Source of the DNA: a virus
Taxonomy: Duplodnaviria > Caudoviricetes
DNA length: 64,000 bases
Direction: 5' to 3' (one strand)
Virus record (IMG/VR): IMGVR_UViG_3300020112_000918
Span: 32,001 to 96,000 of that record
Shown here: piece by piece, positions 55,064-64,000 of the stretch
Numbering within the stretch: position 1 is the stretch's first letter
Layout: each line of letters opens with the position of its first letter
Program-made: the position numbers and the translations under genes
The notes under the pieces: model-generated
The model's input: only the letters and a program-made list of their open reading frames with translations
What the model was told of the DNA's origin: nothing
The model's database searches: none

Positions 55064-56575
55064 TTAGATGTTACCACGAACGGCTTCACCAACAGCTGCG
55101 TAAGGGTTCTCTCCTAAGAGTTTTGCCAAACACCATGCCTGGAGACAAGCATTCATAGTACGGAAGTTTACGTTCTTAGCTACGCCCTTTTCTGTTGCAG
55201 CAGAAAGGAGGTTATAGACCTTGAGTTTGTCTGCGTCTGTAAGAATTGGGTCATCTGCCATCAAGCCATTCAAAGCGTCTTTGATAAGCATGAGCATTTC
55301 TTCGTCTGTAAAGTCGAAGTTGATTGACTCAATACGAGACTTCCAAGCTCCGTCAAGAAGAGTAACATCTTTGTTAGTACAGAAGATGAACTTAACTTCT
55401 GAAACATCGATTTCTGTTCCTGCAGGAATATCACGACCCTTTGGAGATTTGATTCCAGCCTGATCGATGTGAACAACACGCTGACTTGCTTTATCTGCAA
55501 GAATGTGAAGCATCCAGTTACGGTACTTATCTGTAAAGATAACGTCACAATCATCAAGAATGATGAACGACATACCGTCTTCTACAGCATCGTAAACCTG
55601 TCCGATGAATACTTCTACGCCACCTTTAAGGTTGTCGATAGTACGGTAGTTTACTCCGTTAGACATACCTTCTGACTGAAGAGAAGTTTCAGCATGGTGA
55701 GTTTTACCTGTACCACCTTTACCCCAAGCAACAACTCCGGCTTTTGTATATTCTGGAGCGTTAGCCATGGCTTTAATGTATTTTTTGTAACGGTTGATTT
55801 CAGCCATTGGATTTCCCTTGGCTTTTGGAGAGTCGAGGTTACCGAAGAAGTCGTTAAATCCTTTTGCGTCTCCACCCGAATATTTCTGAATAAGTTCGTC
55901 ATCTGTTGGAATAGGCTTTGAAGGAGCACCTGGAACAGCTAAAGGAATAGCTACGCTCTTAGCAGCTGATTTTCCAGCAGAGCCTGAAGCACCAGAAGCA
56001 AGAGTTGCCTGAAAAGTCTTCATAGCGTATGAGATAGGACCTGGATCGCCAGGAATTCCGTTTGTCTTACAGAAGTCTTTGTAAGTCTTGAAGAAAAGAG
56101 CCTGATCCATAGTTCCAGTCTGACTGTCTTTAATCCAGTTTGGCTGTGCCTGAAGGAACTGAGCCATAACATCGTTCCATTTTCCTTCGTGAAGGGCTAC
56201 ACTTTCTTTGAAGCCATTTGCAGTAAGTGCTTTTCCGTTTCCTCTCATCCAGTCAAGAACACAGTTGTAGATCTGAACGATGTTGTATCCTTCAAAGCTC
56301 AATGTTTCCTGAGGAGTAATACGTTTCTTGTCTCCCTTAGCAAACATATCAAGGCTTACTACTTCTTCAGAGCTTGCGTTTACGATGAAGTTAGCACGAT
56401 AAACTTTTCCTGTGTTGGAAACAACAAAGTATCCTACAAACTTTCCATACTTGTTCTGGTAGATTGTCGGAATATGACAAATCTGATAAGTTTCGCCTGT
56501 TCTTTTAGACAAAACTTTGAAAAGGCGATCCATCATTACAATGCCTTTGCCTTTAGACCATTCTTGTAATTTCAT
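55064..56575 (-). CDS. AAA+ ATPase
   Basis: Walker A GKGGTGKT, Walker B IILDDCD, FIFCTN, SR arginine finger. Confidence 0.85.
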   Translation of the reverse strand: MKLQEWSKGKGIVMMDRLFKVLSKRTGETYQICHIPTIYQNKYGKFVGYFVVSNTGKVYRANFIVNASSEEVVSLDMFAKGDKKRITPQETLSFEGYNIVQIYNCVLDWMRGNGKALTANGFKESVALHEGKWNDVMAQFLQAQPNWIKDSQTGTMDQALFFKTYKDFCKTNGIPGDPGPISYAMKTFQATLASGASGSAGKSAAKSVAIPLAVPGAPSKPIPTDDELIQKYSGGDAKGFNDFFGNLDSPKAKGNPMAEINRYKKYIKAMANAPEYTKAGVVAWGKGGTGKTHHAETSLQSEGMSNGVNYRTIDNLKGGVEVFIGQVYDAVEDGMSFIILDDCDVIFTDKYRNWMLHILADKASQRVVHIDQAGIKSPKGRDIPAGTEIDVSEVKFIFCTNKDVTLLDGAWKSRIESINFDFTDEEMLMLIKDALNGLMADDPILTDADKLKVYNLLSAATEKGVAKNVNFRTMNACLQAWCLAKLLGENPYAAVGEAVRGNI

Positions 56576-56645
56576 TTTATTCTCCTTAAGGAATGAATTT
56601 CATAAGATAAAACAAATAGGCTCGTAACGAGCCTTATTTTCCGAT

Positions 56646-57395
56646 TTAGTGCATTACAACCAGAGGTTTACGTGCTTTCCATTTATCTTTTAAGATGTCC
56701 TGATCTATCTGATCAGCTCTTGAGATAAATGCTGAGCCGTCGGCTGTAACTCCTGTATTTGGGTCTGTCTGATTTCGGATTCCTCCGATAAAACGTAAAG
56801 CGTACATCTTTGCTATGTCAATTACGTCAGATTCATGCTCAAAACGAACCTTACTCCAATCTCTTGAGAACTTAGCCCAGTTGATTACTAAGTTTCCCTG
56901 GATGTTCGAGTATCCCCAGAATCTTCGGTTTTCAATGTCAATGTTAAAGTTTCCAGCTTTCGATAAGTTTATGTAACTCTGACTTTCAGCGTATTCTGAA
57001 ATTCGTAAAGCTGTTGTCTGATAAGGATCTCTACCATAGGGAGTTCTTCCATAAGAACGAGAAGAACTAAACTTGCGAGTAATTGTTTCATTTATAAACG
57101 GATTTTTGCCGAGTTTAGTCCCGTTCTGTAACGTAGCCACACGTGCCATAGCAACGTTGAAAACGTCATCATCAGGGAACTCAATGTCTACGTTTCCTAC
57201 GATAGGATATTCTTTTTTGAGAATAAGAGGATAGTAGCCCCAGTAAAGTCTAAGTGCTGGGACTAACGCAAGATTAATGAGTCTTTCTTTAGAAAGACCC
57301 AAATCTTCTAATTCAAGGATAGGCACACCCAAGTCGGATGCTACCTGATCCACAATAATGTCTGGAATATTAAATTCGCCTACTGAAAAGTTCAT
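56646..57395 (-). CDS. neck/head-tail adaptor protein (gp13-like)
   Basis: DLGVPILELE, ALRLY, DGSAFIS; leaderless. Confidence 0.6.
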   Translation of the reverse strand: MNFSVGEFNIPDIIVDQVASDLGVPILELEDLGLSKERLINLALVPALRLYWGYYPLILKKEYPIVGNVDIEFPDDDVFNVAMARVATLQNGTKLGKNPFINETITRKFSSSRSYGRTPYGRDPYQTTALRISEYAESQSYINLSKAGNFNIDIENRRFWGYSNIQGNLVINWAKFSRDWSKVRFEHESDVIDIAKMYALRFIGGIRNQTDPNTGVTADGSAFISRADQIDQDILKDKWKARKPLVVMH

Positions 57396-57419
57396 AAAGA
57401 AATAGGTAGGCGAACAGGG

Positions 57420-59294
57420 TTATTTTCCAGCAAGAATTTTTCGGCATTCTTCCAGAGACAGAGGAGAGTCCAGATCGGCTGTGTCTTCTGGTTTGACTTT
57501 TTCCATCCACACTTTGGAGTTAAAGTCAAGACGCTTGTTTAATTCCGTATCTTGTTCTTCTTCAAGGGAACCTACGAAAATAAGAGGATTTACCACAACC
57601 TTTTCTGTCTGTCCTAAACGGTGAGAACGCTTAAGAGACTGTGCAAAAGTTTCAGCATCCCAAATTCTATCCCAGTAGATCTGACGAGGAGCTTCAACAA
57701 TGTTTACTGAAGTTTTCAAGCAAGAATAGTTAGCAATTAGAAGCCAACTATCTTTACTTGCCTTGAAAGATTCTACTACAGCATCGTTACGGGCTGCTAC
57801 GGATTCACCTTTGTTGATCACAACTCCTGCGTGCAGCTTAAACGGATGATACTTCTCGAACTCGATAGCCAAAGCGTCAATAATAGCAGGATGTCCTGAC
57901 CAGAGAATTGTTTTCTTTCCTTCGGCAACGTTCTTTTCTATTATACTCTTTGCTACATCGAACTTTCCGTTTTCTGTGATTTTCCACTTTTTCAGGTTTG
58001 CTACAAGTTCGGCAGAAGAGTATTCTTCGTCAAGATGTCCTTCTTTGATAACAGTAGGGTCGTGCAAAGCAAGAGCCAAATAACTGTATTTATTCTGAAG
58101 AGCACGCTTGGTAACCTTTCCTTGTTCTTCTTTAATTACAGAAACGACTTTAGTCACAATGTTCTGATAAAGAGTCTGCTGAAGAGGTGGCATCTTACAG
58201 TAAACAGGCTTGATTAAAAGTTCCGGCAATTCTACCCCTGAGCTCTCAACAGTTTCTCTATCTACTAAGTAGCTAACTCCATCCAAGAAATTCTGAACTT
58301 TGTCTTGGTAATAGTAGTTTATTGCTGACTGCGAAAATCTATTACCAATGTTAGCAATCATTCTTAAGAATGTCAAGAATTCTGTCGGAACGCTTGACTG
58401 CTGCAGAAAACGGAACTGTGCCCACAAGTCTTCTGAATACTTTGGAGCTGGAGTCCCTGTTAGTATGTAACGGTATTCAAAAAACTTTTTAGACTTATCT
58501 ACGATCTTAAAAGTCTTTCCTGTAGGATTTTTAATTGCTGGACTTTCATCGAGAATTAAAGCAAGGTTTTTTCCGAGCTTGTCCCAAGGAATATAGTTCT
58601 TCATAACTCGGGAAGTTGCTTTCTTTCCCTGAGCTTTTTTATAAAAATCATCGTGAAGCATGATTACATTTCTGTAAGTCATAACGATAACTTTCTTAGA
58701 AGCTGCCTCTTCAGAGAAGGGATTACGGTTTATAGTATCCACAAAGTAAATATCATCCCATGTAAGCCCGAAAGTATTAAACTTCACACATTCACGAGCA
58801 ATGTTCATAATTCCTTCTGGAGGAGAAACAATGACGTATTTGTCTACTTTGCCCCATGCAACTAAATGATTCAAGATTGTCTGGATTTCAAAAGATTTTC
58901 CCAGTCCCATTTCGTGAAAAAGAGCAAGCCTGTTCTGACTGATACCTTTCTGAACGGCTCTACGCTGATAGTCGCCCCGAAAAGTTCCCTTTACAAGTTT
59001 AGGGTCGATACAGGCTCTAAACTTTTTAAACTCGGCATCTTTTTCCGGAGTTGCAGCTACAACGAATTCTGGAATTACCGTGTGTGGCTCAATTCTCAAA
59101 AATGCTTCAGACAATCCAGGACCTACTAAAGCATCAAACTCCCAAACCTTAAGAAGAGGATTGCCTTCGCTGTCGTAGGCTGAATTATTGAATTTTCCCC
59201 CGAAGTCTTTACATACATGTAAAAGTTGAGTAAAGTTTTCTCCTAATATGGAAACTAAAATCTTGTTTCCTTCGCCTTCATAAAATTTAATCAT
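57420..59294 (-). CDS. SNF2-family helicase
   Basis: EMGLGKS, ILDES, LTGTP, Q..KRSHRLGQ. Confidence 0.9.
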   Translation of the reverse strand: MIKFYEGEGNKILVSILGENFTQLLHVCKDFGGKFNNSAYDSEGNPLLKVWEFDALVGPGLSEAFLRIEPHTVIPEFVVAATPEKDAEFKKFRACIDPKLVKGTFRGDYQRRAVQKGISQNRLALFHEMGLGKSFEIQTILNHLVAWGKVDKYVIVSPPEGIMNIARECVKFNTFGLTWDDIYFVDTINRNPFSEEAASKKVIVMTYRNVIMLHDDFYKKAQGKKATSRVMKNYIPWDKLGKNLALILDESPAIKNPTGKTFKIVDKSKKFFEYRYILTGTPAPKYSEDLWAQFRFLQQSSVPTEFLTFLRMIANIGNRFSQSAINYYYQDKVQNFLDGVSYLVDRETVESSGVELPELLIKPVYCKMPPLQQTLYQNIVTKVVSVIKEEQGKVTKRALQNKYSYLALALHDPTVIKEGHLDEEYSSAELVANLKKWKITENGKFDVAKSIIEKNVAEGKKTILWSGHPAIIDALAIEFEKYHPFKLHAGVVINKGESVAARNDAVVESFKASKDSWLLIANYSCLKTSVNIVEAPRQIYWDRIWDAETFAQSLKRSHRLGQTEKVVVNPLIFVGSLEEEQDTELNKRLDFNSKVWMEKVKPEDTADLDSPLSLEECRKILAGK

Positions 59295-60257
59295 TTACGC
59301 TCTCGGAAATTTTTCTGCACCGAAGAAGTCTTCTGTCTTGACTTCTTCTACTTTAGGAACAAATCTGGAATCCAGCTTTTCTGCATTGAACTTCAAAGTT
59401 CTATAAAGCATGCCAAGAACCTTTTTGTTGAAGACAGTAACTTCTGTAAATTCACGAGTTTCAGAAACAGTAAGCTCCTGAAAAGAAACAAGCTGATAGT
59501 TAAGGAGAACACGTCCCTTGTTTTCTTCAAAAGCCTGTTTCCACTTGTCTGACAAATCTAATTCCGCAAGATGGATATAAAGGTTTTCTACAGACTGTGC
59601 CTGTCGGATAATGCCAAGCACGGTTTCAGTTTTAAGGTTCTTTACGCCTACAGGGATATTGTCGGAGTCATCTCCCTTAATTGCTTTAAACAAGCAGACA
59701 GTATCGTTGGAAGGAACGAATCCGAATTTCTCTTTGTATGTTTCCCGAGTGTAGATAACGTCTTTTTTGGTTGCGTGATCTCGAATCATCCAGTGAACCT
59801 TTTCTGACATAGAACGACTCCAGTCAAGGTCGTTGCTTATCAAAAGAACGTTATAGCCCTTATCTCCAAAAGACTTGAGCACAGGGTAAACAAGGTCGTC
59901 TGCTTCAGAACCTGGACGACGAATAAGCCTGTCTCCATCGTTTAGAACCTGAAGAACAAGATAAAGGTAGTCAAGCCCTCTGTAGAAAACTGGGTCTTGC
60001 TTAGCTCTGTTTGCTTTGTATTCCGGATCAATTTCTTTACGACGCTGATCGCTTGAAGTAGCGTTGTCAAACAGATAGAAGATTCTTCCATTTTCAGCAA
60101 GATAGGTTTCTCTAATTCTCTTAAACATCTTGAGAACAGTGTAGATACCTCCTGTAGACATAAGTTCTCCGTCTACTTCTGCTGTCAAGTTCTGAGATAC
60201 AGAAAATGCTCTGTAATACATGTTTGAAACGTCAATTAAGATTCTATCATACTTCAT
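59295..60257 (-). CDS. 5'-3' exonuclease/flap endonuclease (T4 RNase H-like)
   Basis: LIDVSN, YKANR, EADD, SND.D, GDDSDNIP.GV. Confidence 0.92.
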   Translation of the reverse strand: MKYDRILIDVSNMYYRAFSVSQNLTAEVDGELMSTGGIYTVLKMFKRIRETYLAENGRIFYLFDNATSSDQRRKEIDPEYKANRAKQDPVFYRGLDYLYLVLQVLNDGDRLIRRPGSEADDLVYPVLKSFGDKGYNVLLISNDLDWSRSMSEKVHWMIRDHATKKDVIYTRETYKEKFGFVPSNDTVCLFKAIKGDDSDNIPVGVKNLKTETVLGIIRQAQSVENLYIHLAELDLSDKWKQAFEENKGRVLLNYQLVSFQELTVSETREFTEVTVFNKKVLGMLYRTLKFNAEKLDSRFVPKVEEVKTEDFFGAEKFPRA

Positions 60258-60822
60258 GGGTTATTTCCTTTATAGTGCTTTTTGCTGTAATGTATTCATA
60301 TCGCTCTGCGGGAGTCATTTCGTTTAAAGTGCTAAGCACCCTCATCAAAGGCTGCTTAAACTGTGCTAAATACGTTTCCCCACTTTCACGCTTGATAATC
60401 ATAGTCATCGAAGGAATAGAAATTCGGGCTATGTAAAGTGTAGATACTTTAAGGTAAGTTGCCCTGTTCTCTATTTCCTCCAGGGATAGTCCCTGTATTA
60501 GATACTGCTTTCTCTCTTCAATAGAAAGCGTTCTGCTTGAGACCGTAGTTTTTTCCAGCGTAGGATAAATCGAAGTCTCGCACAGAACAGCTAAATCGTG
60601 AATATTGTCTTTTACACTCTTGTCAGACTGTAAAAAGTATTCAACCTCTTTAAAAGTTGTGGGAACCTTAATTAGAACAGAATCTGCTTTAATAACAAGG
60701 TCTACTTTTACAGGAGCTGAGTCCATAAAGTAATGTCTCAACTTCCTTTGAAAATCAGCGTGATCGAATTCTACATTAAGGTTTCCCAACATTTTATTTA
60801 CTTCCTTCGGAAGCCTGTTCAA
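60247..60822 (-). CDS. hypothetical protein
   Basis: 191-aa ORF in operon. Confidence 0.6.
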   Translation of the reverse strand: MNRLPKEVNKMLGNLNVEFDHADFQRKLRHYFMDSAPVKVDLVIKADSVLIKVPTTFKEVEYFLQSDKSVKDNIHDLAVLCETSIYPTLEKTTVSSRTLSIEERKQYLIQGLSLEEIENRATYLKVSTLYIARISIPSMTMIIKRESGETYLAQFKQPLMRVLSTLNEMTPAERYEYITAKSTIKEITHEV

Positions 60823-61012
60823 AGGCTTTCATTTCTTTTCTCATACGAAGTCTTTCTTTTTTAGAAAGTCTTACACGAGGAACAACGTTCCCCGTTGCTG
60901 GATTTATACGAACCATAGTTCCTTTAGAAGTATGTCCGTACTGACGACCGTCCTGAGCAAAGTTTCCAATGCGTCTAGGAACAATCTTGTTTTCTTTTTT
61001 CTTCTCGTTCAT
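60794..61012 (-). CDS. small basic protein
   Basis: 72-aa ORF coupled to beta clamp stop. Confidence 0.55.
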   Translation of the reverse strand: MNEKKKENKIVPRRIGNFAQDGRQYGHTSKGTMVRINPATGNVVPRVRLSKKERLRMRKEMKAFEQASEGSK

Positions 61013-62085
61013 TAAACTACCTCTGAAAGTTTTGAATAAACAATGTGAAGACTTGGTTTTTCTTCTGTGAAGAAGTTAAGAGCAGCTGATGCAGGATCTA
61101 CCTGGATTGTAACTGTTTCCCCATCAAGTGAAGAAAGAATTGTCTTAATCCAGTCATTGCTTACCCAGATCTTTTCACCGTTGAATACACCTGCTGAAGC
61201 ATCTTCAAGAGTAATTTTGCGGGAAATACGCTGTCCGTTGTCTTCTGTTTTAAGTTCAAGTTCATCGTTTGTGATAATCATCTGCATACGAGTAGCTGCT
61301 GCTGATGATACAAAAGGAGCCATAAAGGAAACAATCTGAGAGAAAGCTCCCTTGTTCACTTTTACAAAAGTTGGATGGTTGTATTTTTCAATAAAGCGTG
61401 GATCCATGATCGGTGGGTTCTTAAGCACAGAAGAAGTTGCAAACTGAATTGTAATTTCATCTCCGTTAGCAATAAAGAACTTGTCTGCTGAAGTATTGTC
61501 GATTGTAAGGTTGTCACCGAGAACTTCAAGAGCCATTGTTTCCCAAACAGGACGTGGGAGGTTAAGGTCTACGCCTACGAGTTCCGGAATCTTTTCTTCA
61601 CAGAGACGAGACTTGTTTGTTCCAGCTACAGAACCGTTAATAATGAATACTCCGTTTAACGAAGCATTTCCGTCAGGGTCTGTGTAAAGTCCTGCACGTT
61701 TGATAGCTGCGATAATTTCTTTAGAGCAGCTGAAAGGCTTTGTAGAGATTGTGTCAAACGAAGGATATTCGAAATCATCGTCAAGGTGAGCAATTTCGAA
61801 TTCATTGTTTGAACCACTTTTGAAAGTATAGCCGTCCAGTTCCAAAACAGGGAATTCACTTACAATAGCAAGCAAAGCCGACAAGTTTACCAGGAAAGGT
61901 TTCTGACTTCCGTCATATCCTGTAACTGGCATTTTGATAGTTCCGAAGCCTTTCTGTGAACCGAAGATTGCTCTCTGGTTGGCAAAGTCGAGCTTGATGG
62001 AATCGAAAACAGGCTGATTAGTGTCCTTCAGTCTGTCGCAGATTTTTGTGTACTTTCGGATGAAAGTGCAGTCTACTGTCATCAT
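61012..62085 (-). CDS. dnaN: DNA polymerase III beta sliding clamp
   Basis: 357 aa, three-domain pattern, LNGVFI, GTNKSRL; next to DnaX. Confidence 0.75.
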   Translation of the reverse strand: MMTVDCTFIRKYTKICDRLKDTNQPVFDSIKLDFANQRAIFGSQKGFGTIKMPVTGYDGSQKPFLVNLSALLAIVSEFPVLELDGYTFKSGSNNEFEIAHLDDDFEYPSFDTISTKPFSCSKEIIAAIKRAGLYTDPDGNASLNGVFIINGSVAGTNKSRLCEEKIPELVGVDLNLPRPVWETMALEVLGDNLTIDNTSADKFFIANGDEITIQFATSSVLKNPPIMDPRFIEKYNHPTFVKVNKGAFSQIVSFMAPFVSSAAATRMQMIITNDELELKTEDNGQRISRKITLEDASAGVFNGEKIWVSNDWIKTILSSLDGETVTIQVDPASAALNFFTEEKPSLHIVYSKLSEVV

Positions 62086-62110
62086 AGTATTTTCTCCTAT
62101 AAATTAAGTT

Positions 62111-63226
62111 CTATTTAGTTGGTGCAAAAGTTGGTCTTGTTCTGGGAGCTGGAGTTACTGAAGCTGCAGGCTTTGTAAGGAAGTCTGTTAAGCGAACTCT
62201 GCAGTAGGAGTCCTTAAAGTAAGCACCCATTTTCAAGTCAATATCTGCATACAGATAATATAATTCCGCAACTTCTTTAGAAAGGCTACGCAAACTTTCA
62301 TACTGGTTCTTTTTCCACTCTGCGCTGCAAAGCCCCGTACGTAAATAAACCAAGCAGTCAGCCAGAAGTTTATTTGACTGGTAGAAAAAGTCTTTCAAGT
62401 CAAAATCCTGAATCATCTTAAAGGCTTCTGGCTTTCTGCCTAGAAGAGTTGTAACTACGTTCAAGAGATTGTCAGAACTGATGTATCCAAATTCCTGCTG
62501 AATCTGTTCTGGAGTCCAGAGCTCTGCTGTAAGACAACGTTCAAGGGTCTGAACTGCCATACGAACTGAGCCTTCACAGTTTTCAGCAACTGTAAAAATT
62601 CCCTTTTCAATAAAGTCATCAGGCACGTCTACATTTTCTTTTTCGATCAAAGAAAAAAGGTAGGCAGCGATGTCTGAAGAGCTAGGAGACTTAAACTGAT
62701 AATACTGACCTCTACCTCTGATAGACTTGTCAAAAACTTCAGGATTCATTGTGCACAAAATGATGCAAACGTCTTCTCTCTTCTTCTCAAGGAGCTTAAG
62801 AGTTGCTCCTTTTGAATGACGGGAAAGCTCCTGTGCCTCATCGATGATAATGACTTTCTTACCACCGAACAAAGAACGTGTTCCTACTACATCTTCAAGA
62901 GCCAGAACATCTTCTTTACCCATTTTAGAAGCATCATAAAAGCATACGTTTCTATTGTATGCTTCCGAGTAAACAGCCTTGTACTCAGGGCTGTCTGGAT
63001 TTGGGTCGCAGTAGCCATCCCTTTTAAGAGGGTTTGGATCATTCATCAAAGCCCCTAAAATAAGAGCCATGGTTGTCTTACCTGTTCCAGAATCACCACC
63101 GAAAATCATAACGGATGGGAATTCCATAGTAAGTGAACGTTTCTTCATCTCTGCAACAATTGTCTTCTGTCCGCACATTTCATCTAATGACTTCGGACGC
63201 AAACTTAAAGCAAAATCTGTTGTCAA
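62111..63226 (-). CDS. dnaX: clamp loader subunit gamma/tau
   Basis: LRPKSLDEMCGQ, GDSGTGKTT, IIDEAQ, ATLKLLE, EGSVR; TTG start after GGAGG. Confidence 0.88.
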   Translation of the reverse strand: MTTDFALSLRPKSLDEMCGQKTIVAEMKKRSLTMEFPSVMIFGGDSGTGKTTMALILGALMNDPNPLKRDGYCDPNPDSPEYKAVYSEAYNRNVCFYDASKMGKEDVLALEDVVGTRSLFGGKKVIIIDEAQELSRHSKGATLKLLEKKREDVCIILCTMNPEVFDKSIRGRGQYYQFKSPSSSDIAAYLFSLIEKENVDVPDDFIEKGIFTVAENCEGSVRMAVQTLERCLTAELWTPEQIQQEFGYISSDNLLNVVTTLLGRKPEAFKMIQDFDLKDFFYQSNKLLADCLVYLRTGLCSAEWKKNQYESLRSLSKEVAELYYLYADIDLKMGAYFKDSYCRVRLTDFLTKPAASVTPAPRTRPTFAPTK

Positions 63227-63316
63227 TTTTATCCTCCACAGTTTATAATTCCCTTGAAAAAACAAAAAGCGACTCTTTTAAAGAGTCGCCTTAAATTTCA
63301 TTTCCAAGCAAATCGC

Positions 63317-63976
63317 TTATTCTTCAATAGTATAAGCAGCTTCAAGCACAGCAGAATTTGTCATGCCTTCTTTAATAGCAATAGCCTTGATAGTTACAGC
63401 TTCAGAAACAACGATAGCTTCTGTGAACTTTGTTGATTCTGCAGTAGGCTCTGTTCCATCTGATGTGTAGAAGATTTCAGCACCTTCTGTTTCCGTAGTC
63501 AACATTACTTCTGTGTTAGCAGCAATTTCACCCGCAGCAGGAGTAGCTACAGGAGTAGCTACAACCTCTGGCTCCGGAGTAGGTTCGTCACTTGGAGTCC
63601 ATTTTGCATAAAGCGTAATGTTTGCTGTAACTTCTGAATTTGCTGTAAATTCCTGAGTGAAGTCACGATCTTTGAACCATCCTTCAAAAGTGAAGCCATC
63701 AGCTGTCATTTCTGGAAGAGTAATTTTAGCATTTGCCAAAACATTTCTTACAGGCTGAGGAACTGTACCATGTTCCATTCTGTCGAACAGAACTGTAAAT
63801 CCTCCATGTGGTTTTTCAACAGCACCGGAAACAGTAAGAATCAAAGTACCGTTCTTTACTGCTTGGTCAAAAGAAGGATTTCTCTGGTTCTTAACGATAG
63901 AGCCTTCTGGTTTAATGAAGACATCTCCAATCCATACTCCTTCTTGTTTAGAAGGATTTGTGTAAGTGAAAGTCAT
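63317..63976 (-). CDS. surface/decoration protein with InlB B-repeat and chitobiase/Fn3-associated domain
   Basis: FEGWFKD...LYAKW; VATPVATPAAG...IFYTSDGTEPT...TIKAIAIK. Confidence 0.8.
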   Translation of the reverse strand: MTFTYTNPSKQEGVWIGDVFIKPEGSIVKNQRNPSFDQAVKNGTLILTVSGAVEKPHGGFTVLFDRMEHGTVPQPVRNVLANAKITLPEMTADGFTFEGWFKDRDFTQEFTANSEVTANITLYAKWTPSDEPTPEPEVVATPVATPAAGEIAANTEVMLTTETEGAEIFYTSDGTEPTAESTKFTEAIVVSEAVTIKAIAIKEGMTNSAVLEAAYTIEE

Positions 63977-64000
63977 TTTATACCTCCAATTTATTTAAAT

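Overview
This window is 64 kb of a large T4-like myophage in the standard genetic code, with one major strand switch near 17.9 kb. It encodes portal, prohead protease/scaffold, major capsid, neck, sheath, tube, baseplate, tape measure, a lysis module, replication genes (NAD ligase, beta clamp, DnaX, SNF2 helicase, 5'-3' exonuclease), GroES, a ferritin-like protein, a macrodomain and a tmRNA. The host may be a spirochaete/Treponema (inference only). The main result is two independent diversity-generating retroelements (DGRs) on opposite strands, each with its own RT. DGR1 (target-avd-TR-RT, 1.4-4.3 kb) has 18/18 TR/VR mismatches at adenines. DGR2 (target-TR-RT, 30.6-34.2 kb) has 16/16 mismatches at adenines, no avd, an FCDD active site and an ~86-aa C-terminal RT module with its own ribosome-binding site. 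Each DGR diversifies a different C-type-lectin-fold receptor-binding protein and is followed by a tail-fibre chaperone-like gene. Other unexplained structure: an ~460-nt highly structured ncRNA with a probable kissing loop (9.19-9.65 kb); an ncRNA tract after the tmRNA punctuated by aberrant tRNA-like elements; a CCTATTT putative late promoter 4-7 nt before the ATG of at least 10 SD-less genes (leaderless mRNAs); two overlapping membrane/coiled-coil ORFs sharing one SD next to the endolysin; a candidate +1 frameshift in a baseplate/tail assembly gene; and two homing endonucleases flanked by duplicated regulatory sequence. All product calls come from motif recognition by eye, not database searches.
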